Positions 18,910 to 28,621 of a stretch of 63,768 bases of DNA are shown here, piece after piece. Under the pieces are notes generated by a model, which saw nothing but the letters and a program-made list of their open reading frames with translations, had not been told where the DNA came from and ran no database searches. Source of the stretch: a virus. Taxonomy: Duplodnaviria; Caudoviricetes. Position 1 is the stretch's first letter, and each line of letters opens with the position of its first letter. The stretch lies in IMG/VR virus record IMGVR_UViG_3300036398_002458, positions 1-63,768 of that record. One strand, given 5' to 3'. Position numbers and translations under genes: made by a program.

Positions 18910-21766
18910 CGTCTTCGTTGGAAGTGAACGAGGTCTCGTCGATACCAAGCGCGGTGCCATCAATCACGTAGCACCGGACGCACAGGCCGGACAGCCCGCC
19001 CACTGCGCCTGCACCGATCCGCTTGGCAACAGCGGTGCCGTTGTGCTTAATCACGTTGATGGCTGTCAGGGCACGGATGCTCTCCCGCACATCCACCTGC
19101 TTCTTGGTGAAGTGTGCGCGGAAGTCCGCCACCGTTATGAACAACTCCTTGGTATCAGGCTCGTAGCGCATGCGCAGCACGTTGCGTGGGGACACGATCG
19201 GCGCCGTTGGCATGGCACCCTTGACGGGGCTGTTGATGACGAGCGCGTTAGACACGTTCTCGTTGATGAACGACGACAGGGTTTCCTGGGCCACCACAGT
19301 CGGGCCGCCCACGCTGCTGATCTGAAGCGCCTTGTTCTGCCGCACCAGTTCCAGGGCGTAGTTGTAGATGCGGTTGATCTCGATGTCGAACAGACCCAGT
19401 TTGCGGGCGATGAGCGCGGCAACGAATGCACAGGCCAGGACGCAGGAATAGAAGCGATCGTTCTGCTCCAACGACAAAGCTGCGTCGATCTTGGCCTGCA
19501 TGTCCTTGAGCGCCGCGAGAACGAGTTGCTGATTGGACACCACGTACTTGATGAACACGGGGCCTGCCACCCCATAGTTCTCTGTCAGTTGCCCGAACAG
19601 CCGGTCCACATCGGCCTTGGCTACGTTGCGCAGACGCGGCACTTCGATTTCCAACGTACGCTTGAGTTCGCCGTCGGCGGTGCTTTTGAGTTGCGCCAAC
19701 TTGTCAATCATCGACCCGTTAGAAGACGTGATAGTGATGGCATTCCACGTGGTGTTGTTGGTACGCAGTCGGTTGGTCTGCGACTCCATGCGGTGCCGAT
19801 CCCGGCCCGTGGTAAAGCCGTAGGCCATAGACGACAACTCTTTGTCTTCCGCGTTCGTGATCTCGTCCACGGTGTAGGCAATGCTGTTAAGCAAGCCGAT
19901 GCGGTGCATCTTGGCGGCGTAGGTATCGTCCTTGGTCATGAGCAGTTCAGACGGGTGGCCGAAGATGGAGTTCACCATCATCTGCACCGTGGTCTTGCCC
20001 GACCCAGACTCGTTGGACTTCAAATGGATCAGGGCGCCCTTGACCGCCTCCCCGCCGATGAACTTCAGCAGCGGTGAGCCAAACCCAAAGAAGAAGGCCA
20101 GAGCGTGCGGCTCAAGTCCGGGCGTGTTGTAGAAGTTCGCCATTTCCTTCCACGCATCGAGGGAGCCGCGCGGCACGAAGGCCGGGGCCAACTGCCGAAT
20201 GCCACTGGCAGGGGGCGCCAGTTTGGTGCCGTCAGGGGTGTACTCCAGTTCCCCCACCACGAACCCTTGCATGTCGGGGGTCCAGCCCATCTGACTGCGG
20301 GTCTTGGATGCTGCGTACTGCGATTGCAGTTTGCGAATGCTTGACGCGAAGTAGGCCATGAGAACGTCCAGTTGTTTGCCGTAAGCGATTGCTCCGTTTT
20401 TGTTCAGAAGGTCGCGCAGTGAATCTTTGGCGAACAGGTCTGTAACCCGAGCGTGGAACCTGCGCACTCCGTCTTTGCGCATGTGCAGGTTGATCCCCAC
20501 CAGTTCGCCGTCGCCATCTCCGTGTATGTCGGAATCGAAGAACCTACCCGTGATGTAGAGGTCGCTTGGGTAGACTTCAATGTCGATGGTCTCTTGGTCA
20601 ACGACCGTGCGCTTGAACACGCCGCCGTTGGCGCCCCGGAAGTACGGGAAGGGGTAGGCCGGAATCTCTACAGTGACCTTGGCGTCTGGATCCTCGTCGC
20701 CCTCGGTCGAAACCTCCACCACGTAGGCGTCGTTGACCGGCGTAGATTCCTGCACAATCTTGCCCAGCACGATGGGGCTAGAGATCTGCTGCTTGCACCC
20801 CTTGCACTGTGCGGGGTTGTTGGTGCGGTACCAGTCGCAGGTGTAAGGGCCCTTGGTCTCGGACGCCTTCTTCTCGGTGGCCGACGGGCTGTAGCCGGGG
20901 TGGGCCTTGGACACCTTGTGGATGGCTTCGCCACCATCTACGCACCGCACCGCGATTGACAGGACGCCCCGCCACAGCGGTTCTTCCAGGGTGGCTGCGT
21001 TCTGCACGGCATGCGCCATCTGCGCACACCCGTTGCCCTTAACACTTAACCGTACGATCTTTGCAAACTCACTGGGCGGGTGGTCTTCCGCTGCGAGGTC
21101 CTTGGTCACATCGTCCGTGCCGAACTGCTTGGCGGCGAAGATGGACGTGGGCGCCACAAGCGTGGGGGGCGCAGGAAGTACCTTCACGATGTCGGCCAAG
21201 GGCACAGGCTGCCCCTGGTAGACGACCATCACCGGACGCGGGTTGGTCTCTTTGAAATTCTGGGTGCCGGGAACACGCAGGATGCGGGCAGCGTCCGCAG
21301 TCACCGCAGGGTCGGCATCAAGCCCGTGCAGTTTGCACAGGGTCTTCAGTTTCTTGGCGTGCTCTACCCAGTCCTTTGCGGGGACGTCCTCAGTCAGAGG
21401 CCAGTAGACATGCAAGCCGCCGCCAGAACTAACGATGATGGGCAGCGGCAAGCCCGTGGTGTTGATGAATTGTCGGAGCGCCTTTGCCGCGTCCGATTGT
21501 GTGGCGTAGGCTTTTGTTGGACCTACGTCGAGGTCAAGGAAAAAGCACCGCAGGTAGACAGCGTTTGCGGCTGTGCGTCCCAGTGCGGGGTCGTCGAAAC
21601 TGGCTAGTGCGAAGTAGGCATCTGCGCCTTTGCTGCCTGCGGCTTGAGCCGCTGCATCGACATCAGCAATAGTTCCATGGAATGACGGCTTTACCTTTCC
21701 CCCCTTGATCGCCACAGCGCAGTACATGCCCTGCGTAGGCAATACGGAGTCGAGGAAGGAATGCAC
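18869..21766 (-). CDS. Primase-helicase (RepB-like primase, DUF927-like region, P-loop helicase)
   Basis: FFLDLD, SSGGGLHVYW and ARILRVPGTQN primase motifs; ESGSGKT Walker A; YTVDE Walker B; ITSSN sensor. Confidence 0.88.
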   Translation of the reverse strand: MHSFLDSVLPTQGMYCAVAIKGGKVKPSFHGTIADVDAAAQAAGSKGADAYFALASFDDPALGRTAANAVYLRCFFLDLDVGPTKAYATQSDAAKALRQFINTTGLPLPIIVSSGGGLHVYWPLTEDVPAKDWVEHAKKLKTLCKLHGLDADPAVTADAARILRVPGTQNFKETNPRPVMVVYQGQPVPLADIVKVLPAPPTLVAPTSIFAAKQFGTDDVTKDLAAEDHPPSEFAKIVRLSVKGNGCAQMAHAVQNAATLEEPLWRGVLSIAVRCVDGGEAIHKVSKAHPGYSPSATEKKASETKGPYTCDWYRTNNPAQCKGCKQQISSPIVLGKIVQESTPVNDAYVVEVSTEGDEDPDAKVTVEIPAYPFPYFRGANGGVFKRTVVDQETIDIEVYPSDLYITGRFFDSDIHGDGDGELVGINLHMRKDGVRRFHARVTDLFAKDSLRDLLNKNGAIAYGKQLDVLMAYFASSIRKLQSQYAASKTRSQMGWTPDMQGFVVGELEYTPDGTKLAPPASGIRQLAPAFVPRGSLDAWKEMANFYNTPGLEPHALAFFFGFGSPLLKFIGGEAVKGALIHLKSNESGSGKTTVQMMVNSIFGHPSELLMTKDDTYAAKMHRIGLLNSIAYTVDEITNAEDKELSSMAYGFTTGRDRHRMESQTNRLRTNNTTWNAITITSSNGSMIDKLAQLKSTADGELKRTLEIEVPRLRNVAKADVDRLFGQLTENYGVAGPVFIKYVVSNQQLVLAALKDMQAKIDAALSLEQNDRFYSCVLACAFVAALIARKLGLFDIEINRIYNYALELVRQNKALQISSVGGPTVVAQETLSSFINENVSNALVINSPVKGAMPTAPIVSPRNVLRMRYEPDTKELFITVADFRAHFTKKQVDVRESIRALTAINVIKHNGTAVAKRIGAGAVGGLSGLCVRCYVIDGTALGIDETSFTSNEDDAQDQSQAAGQAA

Positions 21767-21787
21767 GATACCTCTCGGGTAGAACGA

Positions 21788-22033
21788 TCAGGCGCGGTTC
21801 CAACGCGCCAGGATCTGCTTGATTTTTTCTTGGTGTCGCGCCCGTGGCTCAGACCTTCCGGTGAACCACGAGTACACGGTTGCCCGTGTGACGCCGAGTC
21901 TTTCCGCCACGGCTGATACGGGGATCTCCCGTACCAAGCACTCGTGGACGAACTGGAACATCAGGTCAGACAGGCAACCGTGTGCAACGGCTGCGACAAA
22001 GGAGGTGCTATACCCCCTGAGTCCTTTAGGCAT
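21788..22033 (-). CDS. XRE/Cro-like HTH DNA-binding protein
   Basis: IPVSAVAERLGVTRATVYSWFTGRSEP. Confidence 0.85.
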   Translation of the reverse strand: MPKGLRGYSTSFVAAVAHGCLSDLMFQFVHECLVREIPVSAVAERLGVTRATVYSWFTGRSEPRARHQEKIKQILARWNRA

Positions 22034-22913
22034 CGTCGTCGGTGCCCCACTCGCTCAGAATGGAAGAGACGTCCTTTGGCGCGGCGGCGGGCTCGGCCTT
22101 CTTGGTGGTGCGCTTCACAGGTTCGGCCACTTTGGCTTCCTGCTGAACCGGGGCCTCCTTGAACGCGGCGGGCAGGGCGGGGGCGCTGCTACCCGTGTCG
22201 GCCTTGGAAGGCACCATCTTGAAGTCGATGGCCTGACGTGCGTCGTCGGTCTGGCTCTGGGCCTTGGCTGAGTCCCACTCTTCGCGGGTCAGCGGGCGCA
22301 CGGCGCGGAACTTCAGCACGGGGACAGCCTCGGACGTGTCGAAGCGGGCCTCGGTCACGATGCCGGTGATGGGAATGCCATGACCTGCCAGGAACTTGCC
22401 GAATGCTTGCAGGGGCATCTTGTCGCCGTCGGGCTTGCCGAAATACGACTTGGCCGGGATCGACATGCGGTAGATGTTGCCGGTGATGTCGTTCTCCAGA
22501 GCCACGGCCAGACGCTTGCTATAACGGCAAGCGCGGGATTTGCCCTCACCGGAGCCCTCGATGTTCTGGGGGCAGGTGGCGCAGGACGATGCTTGGGGGT
22601 TGGGCACCTCGGGGTTGGGCTTCTCGCCTTCGGCGGACCAGCAGGAGGGCTTGACATCCTTGCCTTCCTCGTACTTCTCTGCATAGAAGGTACGCGTGAT
22701 CCCCTTGCCCGCTGCGATCACCACAAGGTTCATGGAGCGATCTTCGTTCTTGGCAACCTCTTCGCCACCAACGATCATGCGCCACACACCCCCACGGATG
22801 GAGATCTGCTTGCCACCGGAACTACCGGCGATGTCCTTGGTGGTGGAGTCTGCGGCTTCGCGCAGGTAATCGGGAACGACGGAACCAGACTTGAAGAGAG
22901 TGATGTTACTCAT
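22026..22913 (-). CDS. Putative single-stranded DNA-binding/annealing protein
   Basis: Replication-module position, CWS..CATCPQN..C motif, acidic aromatic tail (EWGTDDDA). Confidence 0.55.
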   Translation of the reverse strand: MSNITLFKSGSVVPDYLREAADSTTKDIAGSSGGKQISIRGGVWRMIVGGEEVAKNEDRSMNLVVIAAGKGITRTFYAEKYEEGKDVKPSCWSAEGEKPNPEVPNPQASSCATCPQNIEGSGEGKSRACRYSKRLAVALENDITGNIYRMSIPAKSYFGKPDGDKMPLQAFGKFLAGHGIPITGIVTEARFDTSEAVPVLKFRAVRPLTREEWDSAKAQSQTDDARQAIDFKMVPSKADTGSSAPALPAAFKEAPVQQEAKVAEPVKRTTKKAEPAAAPKDVSSILSEWGTDDDA

Positions 22914-22932
22914 GTGATTTCCTTGAGTGAAG

Positions 22933-23319
22933 TTACTTGGCGCGGCGCACGGTGACGGAGTACCGTGAGTCCACGTTCATGCCTTGCGGCATCTTGTCAG
23001 GGTTCTCTTGGAGGAACTCCTTGAAGTTACCCTGGTGCACACGGCGCTCCAACAGTTCGGGGGCGTCGTGATCTTTGATGAACTGGTACATGCTATCCCA
23101 GTCCGAGGTCCAGTAGCGGGTCTTGACCGTACGGGTAAACGAGCCATACTGGGTCTTGCCGCCGTCCTGGCCGGTGTTCTTGCAGATCTCCAATAGAGAT
23201 TCCTCAACGGCAGCGAGTTGCTCATCGAGTGCGGCTATCTCTTCTTCGTGCTGCTTGGTTTTGATTTCCTTGGCGTCGCGGATCTTGATGTAGACCTGCA
23301 CAAGTTTGTTGGCGTCCAT
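22933..23319 (-). CDS. Hypothetical replication-module protein
   Basis: 128 aa, coil plus DWDSMYQFIKDHDAPELLERRV; own promoter upstream. Confidence 0.8.
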   Translation of the reverse strand: MDANKLVQVYIKIRDAKEIKTKQHEEEIAALDEQLAAVEESLLEICKNTGQDGGKTQYGSFTRTVKTRYWTSDWDSMYQFIKDHDAPELLERRVHQGNFKEFLQENPDKMPQGMNVDSRYSVTVRRAK

Positions 23320-23353
23320 GATGATTCCTGTTGACTAGCGTTGATGTGATTGA

Positions 23354-23381
23354 AGTATACAGTGTTTAGTTTGGTCGTCAA
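23354..23381 (-). promoter_or_regulatory. Sigma70-type promoter TTGACG-N16-TATACT
   Basis: Intergenic, ahead of the SSB/primase genes. Confidence 0.6.
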
Positions 23382-23385
23382 GGGG

Positions 23386-24933
23386 TCATGTGATCTCCTG
23401 TTTGTAGAGATCGACGAGGCTCAGGTGCATGTCGATCTTGTTCTGCAACATGTGGAACACCCTGCGCTCCACGGGACTACCCTGTAGATGCGTGACCGTG
23501 ACCTTGTTGGTCTGCCCGGCGCGGTGTGCACGGGCATTGGCCTGCATGTAAATTTCTGTGGAGGGCACCGGGCCCCACCACACCACTTGGTCAGCGCGTG
23601 TCAGCGTGATGCCGTGAGCGGTGGCCTGCGGCACGAGCAGCAGAACGCGTGGGTCGTCCTCTGACTGGAACTGCTTGATGATCTCCGCTCGACGGGTGGG
23701 CGACACGTCGCCATGGATTGCCTCCACGGTGTAGCCTGCCTTGAGCAGATCTTCGTGCAGGACCTCCAACGAGTGCCGGAAGGGCACGAACACGAGCACC
23801 TTGTTGTCGGTGCTCTCGATGACGCTGACCAGTTCGTTGAAGCGGTTGCTCATGTCGAACGACACCACGTCCCTATCGTCCGTATAGGCCGCACCCTGGG
23901 AGATCTGCAACAACTTGTTGAGCATGCCCGCTGCGTTGCTCGCCGTGATCTCGGCGCCTGCGGCCACCGTAATCATCTCCTTGCGGATCGCGTCGTAATA
24001 CTTCTGCTGCTGCGTCGTCAGCGGCACGTCGCGTGTGGTGTAGAGCATGTCCGGCAGATCCAAGCATTCGTCCTTGGTGAACCGGATGGCCGGTTGCAGG
24101 GCAGCATGCACGATGTCTCGTGCGGCAGGGCGCGGCATCCACTTGTACTGGGTGACCTTAATCATCACCTTGTCGCGGAACGCACCGAAGAAGCGCGGCA
24201 CCCCGTCGGGGTTGACCAACTTGGCAAGCCCGTAAGCGTCGAGCGGCGACTGCGATGCGGGCGTGCCCGTCATGAGCCACAGCCGGGTGTTGGCCTTGAC
24301 CAAAGATGCGATGGCCTTCCAACGCTCTGTGGTCACTGACTTGATGGCATTGGCTTCGTCTACGATGATGAGGTCGAACCCGCCGTTGCGCAACTCGTCT
24401 GCCACCACCTTCACGCCATCGAAGTTGATGATGACGAACTCGAAGTTGCCTGCGATCACCTTGCGTCGTTGTTCCTTGGAACCCATGGCGATAGCCACCG
24501 TGCGGTGCATCACGGTCTTGAACAGATCCGATCGCCACGCAGTCTCCATGATGGACACCGGGCACACCACGAGGACGCGAGTCACGCGGCCCTGCTGCAT
24601 CAGGTAGTCGGCAGCCCACGCTGCGGCGCTTGTCTTGCCCGTGCCTGCCTCGTTAAACACGAAGCACCGGGGGTGCAGGGTCAGGAACTCAGCAGTTGTT
24701 TTCTGGTGGACGAACGGGGCAAAGATGCCCGGCCATTTGTAGCGCCCAACGATGGGAGAGGGCACGTTCTTGACGCCCAGGTTGCGCAGGAGTTGCACCT
24801 CCTCGAACCCCCAGTTGACGAGTATCTGCGGCTCGTCGCTGTCGTCTAGCACCTTGCTCTTGGGGATGAGCGCGGTGATCTGATCCGCTGCGCGAGTGCG
24901 GAAGAGTAACGCGCGGTCTTGCACGATTTCCAT
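23386..24933 (-). CDS. SNF2-family (SF2) helicase
   Basis: EAGTGKT, IIVDEA, LMTGTP, HGITLT and QANARAHRAGQ helicase motifs. Confidence 0.92.
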   Translation of the reverse strand: MEIVQDRALLFRTRAADQITALIPKSKVLDDSDEPQILVNWGFEEVQLLRNLGVKNVPSPIVGRYKWPGIFAPFVHQKTTAEFLTLHPRCFVFNEAGTGKTSAAAWAADYLMQQGRVTRVLVVCPVSIMETAWRSDLFKTVMHRTVAIAMGSKEQRRKVIAGNFEFVIINFDGVKVVADELRNGGFDLIIVDEANAIKSVTTERWKAIASLVKANTRLWLMTGTPASQSPLDAYGLAKLVNPDGVPRFFGAFRDKVMIKVTQYKWMPRPAARDIVHAALQPAIRFTKDECLDLPDMLYTTRDVPLTTQQQKYYDAIRKEMITVAAGAEITASNAAGMLNKLLQISQGAAYTDDRDVVSFDMSNRFNELVSVIESTDNKVLVFVPFRHSLEVLHEDLLKAGYTVEAIHGDVSPTRRAEIIKQFQSEDDPRVLLLVPQATAHGITLTRADQVVWWGPVPSTEIYMQANARAHRAGQTNKVTVTHLQGSPVERRVFHMLQNKIDMHLSLVDLYKQEIT

Positions 24934-24954
24934 GATTTTCTGATGACTAGAGGT

Positions 24955-24986
24955 GACAAAGAGGCCCGGTAGCGAACTACCGGGCC
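24955..24986 (-). terminator. Probable intrinsic terminator hairpin
   Basis: GGCCCGGTAG-TTCG-CTACCGGGCC, 10-bp stem followed by TCTTTGT on the minus strand. Confidence 0.6.
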
Positions 24987-25045
24987 AAAGGTCTTACGAC
25001 CAAGGAGAAACCGCCCTGTGCCTATCAGGGCGGATAAATACTACC

Positions 25046-25336
25046 TCAGCGCGATCGCTCGCGCTTGGAAATTTCTGACTTCAGTTTATTGGTAGAAGTC
25101 CTAGCAAAACTGCGATTGCCGCTTCGCCCTTCTGCCTTTAGATTACTGACATTGACCGGCGCACCGCCCTTGGACAAGGCCCTCTTGTGCGCCACGTCCG
25201 TGGTGGATGGCAGGTCGCCATTCTTCTTTTCGTACGCCCGCCTAGCCTTGTTGCGGTTGGACCGCGCGGCGATCTGCTCGGGGGTGCCCTGGTACTTGCG
25301 GTACTCGGCGGCGTAATCGCGTTTTTTCGTAGCCAT
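25046..25336 (-). CDS. Small basic protein, degenerate HNH-like
   Basis: DVAHKRALSKGG..NL..NR pattern; GGAG RBS before ATG 25336. Confidence 0.55.
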   Translation of the reverse strand: MATKKRDYAAEYRKYQGTPEQIAARSNRNKARRAYEKKNGDLPSTTDVAHKRALSKGGAPVNVSNLKAEGRSGNRSFARTSTNKLKSEISKRERSR

Positions 25337-25346
25337 GGCTATCTCC

Positions 25347-26003
25347 TTAGCCCGGATGGTTTGCACAATCCTTGACCGGGCAGAACTTGCACAGCGCACT
25401 GGGGCGCGGATTCCACACGTTCACTTCGACGGCCTTCTCCACTGCCCCGATGCGTCCGGCCCACTTGGACCAGATCTCCGGCAACTGGGCTCGGGTGAAC
25501 TCGGCCTTGATGACATCTTTGGCAACAACGAACAACAGTGCGGCCTTGACTGTTTGCACCTCGGAATGATGCGCCATGACCATGGCCGCCATCAACTCCA
25601 ACTGCGCCATGTCGGCGTACCTGCTGCTCTTGCCTGTTTTGTAATCAGCGACACGGGCCACGCCTTTGGCCCGGTTGACAGCCAGATAGTCTGGGATGCC
25701 CCGGATCCAAACATCTGGATCGAAGAAGGTGCAGGGGCTAAAGTCGCGTCGGACCCCCAATTTCTCTTCGCACCGGATGTCTCCGGCCAGGGTGGCAAGG
25801 GGCTCGACGAACGGTTGGAACTGGCCGAACTGCTCAGGCAGGGGCGTCTTGTCCCGTACGTATTCCTCGAACGCCTTGTGCACCGCCGTGCCGTACAGCG
25901 TGGCCTCGGTGTCTTGGTTCTTGAAACGCTTGGCGATACGGACTGCGTGGTACCGCTTGGGGCAGCCTTCGAAGTCCTTGACTGACGAGTAGGAATGAGC
26001 CAT
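25347..26003 (-). CDS. PD-(D/E)XK exonuclease, Cas4/RecB-like, with four conserved Cys
   Basis: HSYSS..CP, GTAVH, IRGIPDY..VADYKTGK, QLELMA, CKFCPVKDC. Confidence 0.88.
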   Translation of the reverse strand: MAHSYSSVKDFEGCPKRYHAVRIAKRFKNQDTEATLYGTAVHKAFEEYVRDKTPLPEQFGQFQPFVEPLATLAGDIRCEEKLGVRRDFSPCTFFDPDVWIRGIPDYLAVNRAKGVARVADYKTGKSSRYADMAQLELMAAMVMAHHSEVQTVKAALLFVVAKDVIKAEFTRAQLPEIWSKWAGRIGAVEKAVEVNVWNPRPSALCKFCPVKDCANHPG

Positions 26004-26037
26004 ACGACGCGCGTGAACTGGAGTTATTTGAAGCCCC

Positions 26038-26066
26038 AGTGTAGCAATCAGAGGCAGCGCAAGGAA
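26038..26066 (-). promoter_or_regulatory. Possible extended -10 promoter (TGC-TACACT, weak -35)
   Basis: Lies between the polymerase and exonuclease genes; a palindromic box variant is 8 bp upstream of the -35 position. Confidence 0.4.
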
Positions 26067-26074
26067 GCCCCGCC

Positions 26075-26089
26075 GTCTAACGGTTAGAT
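26075..26089. repeat. Palindromic box variant GTCTAAC-G-GTTAGAT
   Basis: Compensatory change relative to ATCTAAG-G-CTTAGAT; same GCCCCGCC flank as the 39008 copy; abuts the polymerase stop codon. Confidence 0.65.
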
Positions 26090-27996
26090 CAGCAGTCGCC
26101 ATAGGTCGTTCCCACCCCAGACTCGCACGCCAGGGGCAGCGTCTGGGCCCAGTCCGGGCGCCAGGACATGCACTCCTCGACGTACCGCTGAGCCTCAGCC
26201 TTCTCCTCCACGGGGGCGATACAGGCCACGGCATCGTGAACTGTCAAGACCGCCTTGTAACGCTTGGCAATGCGCAGCATCTGCTCCCCGACCACGCACC
26301 GGGCGATAGCCTGGGTGAAGTTCTCCACAACGAGTCCGCCATAAACCTTGGTGGCGATGCCCCGGGACACGTAGACCGTCTGGGGTTTGCCGTCCCCGAA
26401 AACCGTGGTCAAGCCGGGATACTGGATCCACAGCCCGGAGGGCAGGGTAATTCCCCACTCGGCGCCGCTGAGCCCCTTGGGGATGCGCGCCGTGCGGCAC
26501 AGGCCCTGCACGTCGATCTCGTACTCCTGCTCACTCTGAAGATAGGACAGCGCCATCTGCGCTTTCTGCCACAACTCCGGGATTCGGTAGTACGTGGTGC
26601 GATAGGTGTCCACAATGTTCCGCGCCTGAAGTTCGGTGACATCAACCCCCGCCTGCATCTTCAAGAACGTCCGCAGTTTGACGTGCCCGACTCCGTAGCC
26701 TGCGCCCAGGATCACGACCTTGCCCACCTGCCGTTCGGACTTGGTGATCTGGTCTTCGTGCTTGCCGTAGATGCGGCTTGCCATGATTCTGTATACATCC
26801 CGCTTGTTCTCGAAGGCGGTGACCAGATCTTCCTGTCCGGCCAACCACGCCAGGGTCCGCGCTTCGATCTGTGAGGAGTCCGCGTCGATGATGACGTGTC
26901 CGGGCGGCGCTTGGATGGCCCGCTTTATCTTGCCTGCGTTCTCTCCGCGCGATGGCAGGTTCTGGAGGTTGATCTTGTCCTGGCCCGACCACCGGCCCGA
27001 GTGCGCCCCGTAGTAGCGCAGAGGCACCGGGAACTTGCCCCGGAACGACATGTCGATGAACCGCTCCGTGCGAGTCTCTTCAAGCGTAGTCTTGTTACCC
27101 AGGCGGGCGGCCACCAGGGCCTGCACCTGCTCGTTCGGATGATCTTGCAGGGCGATCATGCCCGGGTCGGTCTTGGCAAAAGCGTAGGTCGTGCGGCCCG
27201 TGGTCGGGCTTACCTTCAGCGGCGGGATCACGCCCAACAACTCAAGCGCGGCGGCGAACTTGTCGTTGGACATCAGGAGTTTCTTCAGCCCCTCGGTGCC
27301 CTCGGTGAAGATGGTCTGCACGAAGTCGGCGTTGCCCTCCTCGATCATCTTGTCGCGCAAGGTTGCCAAAAGGTTGGCTTTGCGGTCCTTGACTTCTTGC
27401 AAATGTGTGATAAGCAGATCGCGGTCCAACTCCAACACGGGCTCGATGAACATGCGCAGGGTCAGGTCGATCAGTTTGAGTTCGCGCGTCGGGAACCCCC
27501 GCTTGAGGTAGATGTGGAAGAGTTTGTGCGTGAGGTCTACGTCGTTGCGGCAGTAGGCGGCGTACCCGGCGATCGCGTAGGCGGAGAAGTCTTTGCGCCG
27601 CATGCCCATGGCATGCACCACCTCGTCGCCCTTGGCACCGATGGCTTCGCGCTCAGCCTGTGCGGCCAGACCGTGAGACTTCTCATGCGGGAACAGGGAG
27701 CGTGACATGCCCAGGGTGTCGGCCCACGCCTTCGGGTTGACTCCGTAGCGCCAGTTCAGGATGGCGCCATCGAACATCGTGTTTTGAGCCAAGACCATCT
27801 TGTCAGACCAATCAATCTCCCCCAACACCCGGGCCACCTCGGGTTGGTCCACCCACACCGTCGGTTCATTGTCGTGCTTGATGCCCACACCGATCACCTC
27901 GAACTCGGGGCGTCGGATGTACTCCTCCGTGGTCATCTTGGACAGCGAATATTCGCGGTCGTAGTAGGTCTCGAAGTCAATCGTTATTAGTTTCAT
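26089..27996 (-). CDS. polA: DNA polymerase family A with 3'-5' exonuclease
   Basis: ITIDFET (ExoI), DSSQIEAR (motif A), RQVGKVVILGAGYG (motif B), LTVHD (motif C). Confidence 0.95.
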   Translation of the reverse strand: MKLITIDFETYYDREYSLSKMTTEEYIRRPEFEVIGVGIKHDNEPTVWVDQPEVARVLGEIDWSDKMVLAQNTMFDGAILNWRYGVNPKAWADTLGMSRSLFPHEKSHGLAAQAEREAIGAKGDEVVHAMGMRRKDFSAYAIAGYAAYCRNDVDLTHKLFHIYLKRGFPTRELKLIDLTLRMFIEPVLELDRDLLITHLQEVKDRKANLLATLRDKMIEEGNADFVQTIFTEGTEGLKKLLMSNDKFAAALELLGVIPPLKVSPTTGRTTYAFAKTDPGMIALQDHPNEQVQALVAARLGNKTTLEETRTERFIDMSFRGKFPVPLRYYGAHSGRWSGQDKINLQNLPSRGENAGKIKRAIQAPPGHVIIDADSSQIEARTLAWLAGQEDLVTAFENKRDVYRIMASRIYGKHEDQITKSERQVGKVVILGAGYGVGHVKLRTFLKMQAGVDVTELQARNIVDTYRTTYYRIPELWQKAQMALSYLQSEQEYEIDVQGLCRTARIPKGLSGAEWGITLPSGLWIQYPGLTTVFGDGKPQTVYVSRGIATKVYGGLVVENFTQAIARCVVGEQMLRIAKRYKAVLTVHDAVACIAPVEEKAEAQRYVEECMSWRPDWAQTLPLACESGVGTTYGDC

Positions 27997-28091
27997 CAGT
28001 CAGTCCCTGCGCGCGCCGACGGTATCGGTCACGGCCAGTTCGTTCGTATTGGTCGCGTTGTCGGAATCGCTTCTGCGTGATTTGCAGTTCT

Positions 28092-28448
28092 TCATTCGTC
28101 GGTTCCTTCAAGTGGCGATGCAAAAAGGTGGTAATTGGATGTGGGGGAACGGTTTTCTTGGATGACATCAAGGCACTCCGTTAGGTACTCAATGTTCTTC
28201 TCGTTGATGACGAGGGCCACGCCCCCGGCATCGTCGATGTCGCGCAGGTGTTTGATCTGTAGCGCCGTGGGCTTGCCCCGCCCGGCCTTGCACTCGATGC
28301 CGATGAACCTGCCGCAGTAGCAAACCAGAATGTCAGGCGTGCCGTTGTTGGCATACGCCCCACCGATGTAGTTGACTGCGTACGCACCGCGCTCTTTGAG
28401 CATGGCGTGCACCTTCTTCTTGACCTTGGACTCTGGCGTTGCTACCAC
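28092..28448 (-). CDS. VRR-NUC domain endonuclease
   Basis: TPESKVK..GTPDILVC..GRFIGIECKAG..PTALQ..GGVALVI. Confidence 0.9.
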   Translation of the reverse strand: MVATPESKVKKKVHAMLKERGAYAVNYIGGAYANNGTPDILVCYCGRFIGIECKAGRGKPTALQIKHLRDIDDAGGVALVINEKNIEYLTECLDVIQENRSPTSNYHLFASPLEGTDE

Positions 28449-28621
28449 GGGGCTTCCTCGTACTGCTGTGCAGTTTCCTTGATCTGCTTGACGTTGCGCT
28501 TACACCATCGCTCCAGATCTGCCGGGTTGACGACCGTGAACGGCCACGTCGGGTATGGGTCAGTAGGCTTGAGCCGCACCCCTTGCGGGGGCGGGGCCTG
28601 GGGCTTGGCACGTTTGATCAT
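28442..28621 (-). CDS. Small hypothetical protein, 59 aa
   Basis: ATG 28621 overlaps the upstream stop (ATGA); fills the gap in the operon. Confidence 0.6.
   Translation of the reverse strand: MIKRAKPQAPPPQGVRLKPTDPYPTWPFTVVNPADLERWCKRNVKQIKETAQQYEEAPW

Noticed and set aside
25347-26003. Cas4 as part of a CRISPR system
   Set aside because: Solo Cas4-like exonucleases are ordinary in phage replication modules; no cas1, cas2 or array.
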